Origin: an uncultured bacterium
GTDB taxonomy: Bacteria; Acidobacteriota; HRBIN11; JAKEFK01
Length of the DNA stretch: 64,000 nt
Direction of reading: 5' to 3'
Assembly: GCA_963777505.1 (NCBI GenBank)
Contig: CAVZQN010000006.1
Coordinates: 423,119 to 487,118, forward strand
Part shown: positions 1-8,540 of the stretch, piece after piece
Layout of the letters: each line of letters begins with the position of its first letter
How positions within the stretch are numbered: the stretch's first letter is position 1
The notes under the pieces: generated by a model
The model's input: only the letters and a program-made list of their open reading frames with translations
What the model was told of the DNA's origin: nothing
Database searches by the model: none
Position numbers and translations under genes: made by a program

Positions 1-562
1 TTTCCGCGATTTTCGTTAAAGTCAGATGACCCTCGCAGTCTGGATCTCTGGAACTACCGCAGTGATTGGTTTCGTTTTGAATATCAAAAAGAACTCCCCG
101 GTATGGCTTTAAGATTACTGCAATACTCCTGATCCCTTTCTTGTAATTTTCAACTCCTATCCCTTCAATCGCCGAACGGCTGAAAACAAGCTTCACAATA
201 AAACCATTCGTTCTTGCAACGTTCAAAACACGCTTCAATCTGGAAACGCCATCGAGGTCTATAGTTCCATTATTTCGAATCACGTTAATGGCTCGCGGTT
301 GGTGTTCGTCATGCCACGTGCCCCATACGCGCAGTGCATTGAAGCCGCGTGCTTTTAGAAAACTGATATCACTTTCAAGAATATTGATGGGTGCTGAAAG
401 TGCGTCAAAATAGGAAATACCAAGCAGAAAGGTGGGATTGCTTTTCACAACAAACAAGCCACTTTGGATTTTTAGATCGCGCCTGGGAGGGTGATCAGAA
501 AACTCAGAATTTACCTCTTCCGAAAGGAAGAGGATGAAGACAAATCCCCAAAAACTCCTCAT
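1..562 (-). CDS. Glycoside hydrolase clan-A (GH5-like) secreted protein, partial (runs off window start)
   Basis: Not in the ORF track; translated by hand from ATG 562: MRSFWGFVFILFLS...FLLGISYFDA...LKARGFNALRVWGTW...VLFDIQNETNH. The 'GFNALRVW' and 'DIQNE' (acid/base NE) motifs fit GH-A TIM barrels. Confidence 0.6.
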   Translation of the reverse strand, partial: MRSFWGFVFILFLSEEVNSEFSDHPPRRDLKIQSGLFVVKSNPTFLLGISYFDALSAPINILESDISFLKARGFNALRVWGTWHDEHQPRAINVIRNNGTIDLDGVSRLKRVLNVARTNGFIVKLVFSRSAIEGIGVENYKKGIRSIAVILKPYRGVLFDIQNETNHCGSSRDPDCEGHLTLTKIAE

Positions 563-639
563 AGCGAAAGAATACCTCTTTCACGTAAGACTTGCCAATT
601 TGATTGACGGACTGAAATGTGCCGTTTACATTGGTAGCG

Positions 640-1911
640 ATGGACTGGAATTTCAGAAATTCATTCACTGCATTTCATCATCGTAACTTTCGTATTTTTG
701 TGACCGGTCAATTTATTTCATTGATCGGGTTTTGGATGCAAAATGTTGGATTAAGCTGGCTTGTCTATCGTCTCACGCAATCAGCATGGTATTTAGGCGC
801 AATTACGTTTTCTCAACAAATCCCAATCCTTCTCATTTCATTTGCTGCTGGCGGAATTATTGACCGTGCAAACCGGAGAAGAGTCATTATCGCTACTCAG
901 AGCCTGGCATTAATTCAGGCTTCAGTGCTTGCGTACCTCACGTACAAGAGCGTGATACAGATTCCTCATTTATTTCTGCTTTCTGTTTTCATTGGAATTG
1001 TGAGCGCTTTTGATTTGCCTGCACGCCAAAGTTTCTTAGTCCAAATGGTAGGAAAGGACGATCTTGTAAATGCAATTGCAGTGAACTCATCTATGTTCAA
1101 TGCCGCACGGATGATCGGCCCAGCTATTGCAGGAATTGTAATTGCGAAGTGGGGGGAATCATTTTGTTTTTTACTGAATGCAATATCGTACCTTGCCGTT
1201 CTCGTTTCATTGGTTTTAATGAAACTCAAAAGGACTGAAGAGGGCGCTAGAAAACAAAGTCTGATTAAAGATCTGGCAGAAGGGATTCGCTATGTTCGGG
1301 AAACCCAACCCATTCGTGTTTTATTACAGACGGTTGGATTTTTTGGAATCGCAGGTTTCCCATTCATTGTTCTTCTTCCGTTATTTGCAGATCGAATTTT
1401 TCAAAAAGGTGCTTCAGGACTGGGAATTTTGTCTGCAGGCGTTGGAATTGGAGCACTCGCAGGTGCGCTATTTCTTGCAGGAAGAAAAGGGATTCATGGA
1501 ATCGGACGGATCATTTCTATTTCTACATTTGGATTTTCTCTTGCTTTAATTTCATTTGGATTCAGCAACTGGTTCTGGCTGTCATTTGTCTTGCTTAGCC
1601 TCACAGGCACTTTTATGATGACAAGCGTTGCATCAATCAATACAGCGATTCAATCGATTATTCCTGACTTCCTGCGCGGACGAGTCATGAGTTTATTTAC
1701 AACTATGCTGATTGGCACCGCGCCCATCGGAAGCCTTTTTGCAGGAACAATTGCGAAATATTTTGGTGCTCGAGCTACTGTTATTACGATGGCGATTGTA
1801 TGTTTGGCCGCTGCATTTTGGTTTTATCGTTCCCTGCCGGGAATTGCCACTGAAGCGAGACGTCTTTATTTACTGCAAAATCCTCCTCCGATTGTGGAGG
1901 CGCAAAATTAA
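640..1911 (+). CDS. MFS transporter (MFS_3/DHA3-like)
   Basis: About 12 hydrophobic segments; 'NFRIFVTGQFISLIGFWMQ', motif A 'GGIIDRANRRR', 'PDFLRGRVMS'. ATG 640 preferred over GTG 619. Confidence 0.9.
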   Translation: MDWNFRNSFTAFHHRNFRIFVTGQFISLIGFWMQNVGLSWLVYRLTQSAWYLGAITFSQQIPILLISFAAGGIIDRANRRRVIIATQSLALIQASVLAYLTYKSVIQIPHLFLLSVFIGIVSAFDLPARQSFLVQMVGKDDLVNAIAVNSSMFNAARMIGPAIAGIVIAKWGESFCFLLNAISYLAVLVSLVLMKLKRTEEGARKQSLIKDLAEGIRYVRETQPIRVLLQTVGFFGIAGFPFIVLLPLFADRIFQKGASGLGILSAGVGIGALAGALFLAGRKGIHGIGRIISISTFGFSLALISFGFSNWFWLSFVLLSLTGTFMMTSVASINTAIQSIIPDFLRGRVMSLFTTMLIGTAPIGSLFAGTIAKYFGARATVITMAIVCLAAAFWFYRSLPGIATEARRLYLLQNPPPIVEAQN

Positions 1912-1996
1912 TGTTGACATCTATTTTTTCATGCCTAAATTGAAAAGTGGAGTTCGAGAAAGAATAAGTTGAAAAACAAATTCAATCTCAACTACT

Positions 1997-2032
1997 GAAA
2001 GGCCAACGTCGAAAGATGTTGGCCTTTCTTTA
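1997..2032. terminator. Bidirectional intrinsic terminator between convergent genes
   Basis: Stem gaaaggccaacgtc / gatgttggcctttc with GAAA loop, followed by a T-rich tract. Confidence 0.8.
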
Positions 2033-3347
2033 TTATTCTTCAATGATTTGAAGTAACGCTTTTTGGGCGCGTTCATCATCACTTTCACCCAGCCAGAAAA
2101 TTGCTTGCTTCCGCATTTCTAGATCCTTATCCGACTTTGCTATCTTAATTAATTCCGAAATTCCCTGGCCATCTTCCAGTTCTGTCAGCGCAAAAAGTGC
2201 ATGTTTGCGCACTTCACGGTCCGGATCTTTTGTCGCAAAGTCTTTGAGTGTTAATTCCAATTTCTCGGTGTAATTCTGACTCAGCCAGAAAATCGCATGT
2301 TTCCGGCCTTCCCGTGTTGGTTGATTGTGTGCAATGCGAATTAAAGTTTCCGTAACTCCGGGAGTCTTTTGCATTTCGGACATTGAAAAGATTGCCTTTT
2401 CAACGATCTCGGGATCTGTTTCTTCCATGGCGATTTTTTCAAGTAAGGGAAGTGCTCCGGGTGCGTCCTCCTGTCCCGAGCCAGAAGATTGCGCCTTCAC
2501 GTAATTTTCTCGAATACTTCTTTTTAGTCCATTCTTTCATTTGATTCGTTGCTTCAGGCAACGTCATTTCAATCATCCCCACAAGACCGTCTTCAAGAAC
2601 ATCTTCCGAAGTTTCAGACGGAAGAGTTTCCGTTAACACCTTTAAAGCACTTGGATGATTTTGTTGCCCAAGCCAGAATGCAGCTTTTGCCCGCAAATCA
2701 TCATGAGCATTGCTTTTCAAAACTCTTTCAAGAAAAGGTACGACAATCGCGGGAGTACGATGAATCCCGATACACATCAACAAATCTTCTTTGAACTTTA
2801 CTCTTTTTTCTTGCTCATACATGTTCCGCAAAAAACTAAGACTTTCTTCTGAAGATGTTGCTCCCAACCAGATCAGGCTTTTTCCACGAAAATCGAATTG
2901 AGACTCAAGCATTGTTAATTCGACGCGGTCAAGAGTACCCTCGAAGCCAAACAGAATTGCAAGTTCCTTGGTGACTAATTTTCCAGGACCGGAATCCTTT
3001 TCGTCGAATCTAGCCAGCTGCTCTTTAGCAAAGACCTGAACATTGCCGTGATTGGGACGATTTTGAACAGGCTGGCTTTTTCCTGTTAAGACTTCCTGAA
3101 TCGTTTGGAATTTTCGTTTATCGCTATACCACGATCCAATGAGTTCGTTTTCATACATTTCCTGTGAAATTGAATAAGCAATCCAAACGTCCTTGTGTTG
3201 ATCGCGTTGCTGAAGTCCCCATTTCCAGCGTTCCACTAAAGAAACAGATTCATCAGGATACTTTGTGGTTGTAATACTCCACGAGATCGAGCAGAAAAAA
3301 AATAAGTTGATCAGCAGAAATGCCGTTATGGTTCGCCTGTGTGACAT
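2033..3347 (-). CDS. Secreted HEAT-repeat protein (split by +1 indel near 2476)
   Basis: Signal peptide and repeated 'R..AxFWLGQ/S/E' HEAT units across ORFs 2439..3347 and 2033..2500. Removing one G from the GGG run restores AIFWLGQEDAPG. Confidence 0.8.
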
Positions 3348-3405
3348 TTGAATTCCTCCAAAGAACTTGATACTCGCGAGATCCGAGCATCCGTCTCGAT
3401 AATGC

Positions 3406-3435
3406 TAAGACGTGAGGAATCCAAAAGCGGTTTAC
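3406..3435 (-). promoter_or_regulatory. Putative ECF-sigma promoter GTAAACC-N14-CACGTCTTA
   Basis: Upstream of the HEAT gene. A near-identical motif with the same spacer lies upstream of the ADOP permease (49774-49803). AAC/CGT cores are typical of ECF promoters. Confidence 0.55.
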
Positions 3436-3444
3436 AGAGGGGAC

Positions 3445-3879
3445 CTATCTTCCTCTTGCTTGTTCGCCTCGGAGTGTAAGGCAGGTTGAAGAAGCTCGCG
3501 CAATCAGCTGTTCTTTCTCGTCAATAACTGAGCATTCGGTTAAACCGACAGTCTTGCCCTTTTTTATGACTTTACCGATTGCGCGCAAATTTGCATTCCA
3601 TATAGGTTTGATGAAATTGATCTTAAGCTCCAGTGTCGTAAAAGATTCATCGTCATCGAGTAATGTTGCATATGCGATCCCCATGGCGGCGTCAGCAATG
3701 TCGCATAGAATTCCACCGTGGAGTGTCCCCATCGGGTTCGCATGGCGTTTATCCGTTTGCAGTTCAACGGTTGCTTCTCCAGCTTTTGCCGACACCAGCT
3801 TAAAGCCGATCAGTTGGGAGACTGGTGGAGGAGGAAGTTCTCCACTGATCAACTTTTCGATCATATCCATCATCTTCAT
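3445..3879 (-). CDS. PaaI family (hotdog-fold) thioesterase
   Basis: 'HANPMGTLHGGILCDIADAAMG', 'TTLELKINFIKP'. Confidence 0.92.
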   Translation of the reverse strand: MKMMDMIEKLISGELPPPPVSQLIGFKLVSAKAGEATVELQTDKRHANPMGTLHGGILCDIADAAMGIAYATLLDDDESFTTLELKINFIKPIWNANLRAIGKVIKKGKTVGLTECSVIDEKEQLIARASSTCLTLRGEQARGR

Positions 3880-3881
3880 AT

Positions 3882-5634
3882 TTATTTTTTCGCTTTTGTA
3901 GCTTGAACGTAGCGATCAATATGCTTTTCTAAAACTGACATTGGCATAGCGCCGCTTGAAAGAACAACATTATGAAATTGCCGGATGTCAAAAGCGTCTT
4001 TAAGTTCAGCGCGAGCTTTTTCACGCAGTTCAAAGATTTTATTCGCACCCATCATGTATGCGAGTGCTTGTCCCGGAACGTCTGAGGAATAACGTAAGGT
4101 TTCGGTGTGAATTTCAGAATCGGAAACGAGCAGGTTTTCTTTCATATATTCAACAGCACGCGAACGCGGCCAACCTAAAATATTCATGCCCGTGTCAACC
4201 ACAAGTCTGTTTGTTAGAAATGCTTTCATTGCAAGGCGGCCATATTTTTCATAATCATCGCTATACATTCCCATTTCACCAGCGAGTGTGGAACTGTACT
4301 CTGCCCAGCCTTCAACATAAGCAGTCGGGAAACTTTCACGGCGGAATTCATGAAGTGAGTGATTTTCTTCTTGCAAACAAATTTGGAAATGATGACCCGG
4401 AATCAGCTCATGATAGATAAGCGATCCAGCCGCAAGAAGCGAACGCTGATCTAGTTTAGAGCCGTTGTAGTTGTAATACCCTTTAGGATCGGAAGGGATC
4501 GGAGTTTGATAGTAACCAAAAGTCATCGCTCCTTCCAATGTAGGGTCGAGACGCTTCACGCCATAGGGTGCTTTTGGGACATTCATGAAATAGGCTGAAA
4601 CTTTCGGCTCAATGCGATCAATGTATTGCATGAGCGTCGTACCGATTTCATCCGCTGTTTTTGGAAAGAATTTCGGATCGTTTTTGAGCTTATTATGAAA
4701 TTCTGCTTTTGTGCCTTTGAAACCTAAAGAGTTGCGGATCTTTTCCATCTCCGAATTCAGTTGAGCCATTTGTTTTAATCCGCTTGCATGAATATCTTCA
4801 GGCGACACCATCATAGTTGTGTGATATCGCGTAAGAAAGCGGTAATACTCCTTTCCATTCGGCAATTCCGCCAATTCCGACATTCGTTCTGGCTTTGGTG
4901 CTGTATTCGCCTGAAATGTACGAAGCGAGTTCTATAAATGCTGGATTCAGATTCGATTGCAAGACGCTATCGACGTTCCCACGAAACTTCTTCGCATCAT
5001 CAACTGATTTCAACCTGTCTTCCGAAACGGCAAGAGGGTTGGTGGCGGGCTCATTTGCATTGCTTTGAAGAAATGGAACAACGAGTTGAATTTCTTCCTT
5101 CGGAAGAAAAATGCCTTTGTTAAATTGTTCCTGGACCTGTTTATGAAAGATCCTCACTGCGTCAGCGTATTGTTTTAATAGCTGTAAGTAACGCTCTGAA
5201 TCATCCGCATCCTTAAATTCAAATTCGCGAAAAACCCTGTTGAACGTTGGAATCGGTGAAGCGTAAGGAGTAACAGGAGAATTGAGCCAGAAGTATTTGA
5301 AGCCTTCAACGGCCGTGGAGTTTTCCCATTGCAAAATGTCGTAACTGATTCGATCTTCTTCATTCAAACCAGAGGTGTCGATCTTTTTCAACCGGTCAAG
5401 AATCGACTGTGAAAACGCAGTTTCCTTTTTGGCGCCTTCATACGATACATCGTTGAGTTTTTCTATTGGCAACCCGAATTTCAACCGCAAATAAAGCCTT
5501 TCTTCCAATTGATGTTCCCAATAATCATCTTGAATCTCTTTTAATTCCGCTGACCCTGAAGATGTAGATTGTGAGAATCCTGAAAGAACCAAAACCAGAA
5601 GAAAGAGAGAGGCTGCAAAGAAAACTTTTTTCAT
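3882..5634 (-). CDS. DUF885 family protein (split by +1 indel near 4875)
   Basis: Signal peptide; 'YHELIPGHHFQ', 'AYVEGWAEY', 'RLVVDTGM', 'PGQALAYMMG', 'FDIRQFHNVVL'. Removing one A gives NVGLAELPNGKEYY. Confidence 0.88.
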
Positions 5635-6848
5635 TTTTTAAACCTCGATAGGCTGAAGAGTGGTTCGGGTGATTTTTCTGTAAGCACAAGTTCTGACATT
5701 AATTCTCCGAAAGCAGGCCCCATTTTATAGCCATGTCCGGAACCGCCGCCTGCAATCCAAACATTCTCGGCGCCGGGATGACGATCCATGATGAAATTCG
5801 AATCAGGACTATTTTCGTACTGGCAAACACGTGATTCAACAAGCGGCGCATTCTTCAATGCAGGAAACCGCCTCGTAAGAAGATCGCGCGCAAGCGTCAG
5901 TGCAGATTCACTCGGCATGCGATTGCCATCTGTTGGATCGAAATCAGGCCCATGAGTGTCATCTGCCACTTTAAATCCACGTCTTTGATTACCTGGTATT
6001 CCGTACATCAATATTTGACCATGATCAACCCAAACAGGAAAATTAGGCTCATCAAATCTGAGGTCGCCCGCAGGTGTGCCGAAGAAAAAAACATCCTGAC
6101 GAGTTGGACGGATTATTTTTCCAAGTACATCCGGAAAAATTTTTCCTAACCACGGTCCGCATGCAAAAACATATTTTGCAGCTTGAAGCTTTGTGCCATC
6201 GGATAATTCGATAGAACTAAGTCTTTTATTTTGGATTGATCCTGGCTTTACGTGAGCTTGGACATATTTCCCGCCTTCTTTGATGAAGCCCTGTAACACT
6301 CCATCACACGCCTGGCGAGCTAAAAGATAACCAGCTTCCTGTTCAAAGAGCGCCCATTGAACACCATCGAAATTGACTTGCGGGTAGCGTTTTGCAGCTT
6401 CATCTGCGGTTAATTTTTCATACTTGAATTTTGCTTCATCAAGCAGTGGAATGGATGCAGTTTCATATTCACCTGAACCAGTAATCATCCAGAGGGCACC
6501 CGTTCGTGTGTAAAAAGATCGCTGCCATTTGGCTTCATTTTCTTTCCACAGTTGGAGCGCACGAATCGCCATCTGAGTGTAAATTCGATTGCCGCCATAC
6601 GTTGCACGGATCACTCTCGTTTCGCCGCCGGAACTTGCGCGCGCATTTCCAGGTCCCCATGCGTCCAGTAATGTGACGTGTACTCCACGCCGCAATAAAT
6701 AAAGAGCGGTCCATCCACCAAATGCTCCAGCCCCAATGACAGCAACATGAAGCTTAGGACTGACAGCCGATAATGTATCTCCCAGGACATGCATTCCTGC
6801 AAGTAGTGCAGATGATTTCAGGATGGTTCGACGCGGAATTTTTTCCAT
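5631..6848 (-). CDS. FAD-dependent oxidoreductase, sarcosine oxidase (MSOX/DAO) family, Tat-like signal
   Basis: 'PRRTILK' twin-arginine signal, GAGAFG Rossmann motif, 'ASSGGETRVIR', 'CQYENSPD', 'GGSGHGYKMGP'. Confidence 0.85.
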   Translation of the reverse strand: MEKIPRRTILKSSALLAGMHVLGDTLSAVSPKLHVAVIGAGAFGGWTALYLLRRGVHVTLLDAWGPGNARASSGGETRVIRATYGGNRIYTQMAIRALQLWKENEAKWQRSFYTRTGALWMITGSGEYETASIPLLDEAKFKYEKLTADEAAKRYPQVNFDGVQWALFEQEAGYLLARQACDGVLQGFIKEGGKYVQAHVKPGSIQNKRLSSIELSDGTKLQAAKYVFACGPWLGKIFPDVLGKIIRPTRQDVFFFGTPAGDLRFDEPNFPVWVDHGQILMYGIPGNQRRGFKVADDTHGPDFDPTDGNRMPSESALTLARDLLTRRFPALKNAPLVESRVCQYENSPDSNFIMDRHPGAENVWIAGGGSGHGYKMGPAFGELMSELVLTEKSPEPLFSLSRFKK

Positions 6849-6883
6849 TCGCTCACCTCCCCTTCTTTTATAACACGCGAAGG

Positions 6884-7043
6884 GAATAGAGAATAGAGGA
6901 TAGAAGATGGAGGATAGAAGATGTCCGGATTTATTACTTCTTAATTGGTTTAATGTTTTCCTGGCTGGGATACATCATTCTAAGAGGAAAATTCTAAGAG
7001 TGGAGCTCATCTTCTATTCTCTATCTTCTATTCTCCATCCTCT
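6884..7043. repeat. Inverted arrays of 7-bp purine-rich units (GAATAGA/GGATAGA/AGATGGA and complements)
   Basis: Left arm 6884-6923 and complementary right arm 7008-7043 flank about 85 bp of AT-rich spacer. Confidence 0.7.
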
Positions 7044-7046
7044 GAG

Positions 7047-8348
7047 CTATTCCGGCGGTTTGCAAGTAGCAAACAAATAGGTGGTATCCAATCGTGCATC
7101 AATTCGGAAAGGTGCAGGATGCATGCCCGTAAGGATTCGACTGACTGTAAGGCTCCCAGTCGCATTTAACATTCCAGGTTCAACTCTGATAAATTGAAAT
7201 GGACCATTTTCAACGCTGATAATTTCGGGAGTTTTGTTTTCCACTGCAATAAAGAGGGTAGATTTTAAATCGTTAGGCGCATCAAGTTGAACAGTAAAGA
7301 CTGCGTTTGCTCCGCTCGAAAGTGTTTCAACTGAGGCCCAGCTGCGAAGATCTAGATTCCTGTAACGGCACCGAACTTTCTTTTCCCGTTCTATCAGCCT
7401 GATTTCCAACAATCCTGTTAGACGCGGGTTAAATGCAATCATCTTGTTTGGCGATTCAGCCAGAATAAAACTTCCATTCTTGTTAATGCTCAACGAAGTG
7501 GTTTCTGCAATGCCATCAAATGGGCCACGAATTTCAAGATAGCGTCCCGCTTGATTGAGCGAAGGTAATTGAAATAACAAATGAGGAATATCGATGTCAA
7601 TGACAGGCTCACGCGGAGGTTGTGTGTCGATTTCTAATTCACCCGCAGTTTGTGGAGATGATTGTGTTTGTTCTGTTGAATCTTGCGTAGAAAAAGATAT
7701 TCCAGTTCTTACCGCTTCGAAGCCCTCAAGCGTTCTTATGACGGCCTCAGCGGAAGGAGGTGCTGAACCAACAGAAACTTGTTGAATTGTTGCCGATATT
7801 GAAAGCTGTCGTGATGCGAACTCAGTACGATAAGTCGAAAGAGTTTTTTCATTTTCCGCACGATCGAGGTCGGTTAAACCAAATGGCTGAACTTGAACGC
7901 TGTAAGTAAAAGGGTTCGTCTCCTTAACATCGTCAGGAAGGTAGAAGCTGAATCTTCCTTCAGGTACTGTGAGTTCAATGATTTCTATTCCAAATTCTTT
8001 GCGACGTGCCGCACGAAAAACTCTTTGGGCAGCGAGAATTTTTGAGATCTGCAGATGTACTTTTTGGAGAATTTCCTGTTGAGGGTAGGATCGAAGCCGC
8101 TTTTGAAAACTCAGGAGAGTGAGAACAATATTGCCGGCTCGGCCTTGATGAACTTTATTCCTGAGATTTTCCAGTTCTTTTCTTGCATTTTTGAGTTTGT
8201 CTTTTGCAATACGTTCCTGTGTTTGTTTTTCAGCTTGCTCCAGGAGACGTTCAGCAACTTGTATATCTGATTCGTGTGAAGTTTGCGCGGCCGAAAAACA
8301 GCACGCTGCAAGTAGAACTGCAATTGTCGTTAATCGATATTTAACCAC
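7047..8348 (-). CDS. Hypothetical secreted protein (coiled-coil N-terminus, beta-rich C-terminus)
   Basis: 433-aa ORF with signal peptide; no family recognised. Confidence 0.65.
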   Translation of the reverse strand: MVKYRLTTIAVLLAACCFSAAQTSHESDIQVAERLLEQAEKQTQERIAKDKLKNARKELENLRNKVHQGRAGNIVLTLLSFQKRLRSYPQQEILQKVHLQISKILAAQRVFRAARRKEFGIEIIELTVPEGRFSFYLPDDVKETNPFTYSVQVQPFGLTDLDRAENEKTLSTYRTEFASRQLSISATIQQVSVGSAPPSAEAVIRTLEGFEAVRTGISFSTQDSTEQTQSSPQTAGELEIDTQPPREPVIDIDIPHLLFQLPSLNQAGRYLEIRGPFDGIAETTSLSINKNGSFILAESPNKMIAFNPRLTGLLEIRLIEREKKVRCRYRNLDLRSWASVETLSSGANAVFTVQLDAPNDLKSTLFIAVENKTPEIISVENGPFQFIRVEPGMLNATGSLTVSRILTGMHPAPFRIDARLDTTYLFATCKPPE

Positions 8349-8353
8349 GAAGA

Positions 8354-8511
8354 ATTAGCCCCCGGCGTAAGCCGGAGGTTCCAATATCCATGTAAGAAAT
8401 TAGCCCGCTGAAAGCGGGCGTAAGAGTGTTCAAGTATATAGTCTTTCGCCTGCTTCAAGTGGGCTGGATTAATTCACAATCTCGTTACCCCGGCGTAAGC
8501 CGGGGGCTAAT
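8354..8511. repeat. REP/MITE-like composite palindromic element
   Basis: 13-bp terminal inverted repeats ATTAGCCCCCGGC/GCCGGGGGCTAAT, two CCGGCGTAAGCCGG hairpins, and an internal inverted pair at 8402-8420/8447-8465. Confidence 0.75.
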
Positions 8512-8540
8512 CAACAAAAGTTAATAATATAAACGCAGTA

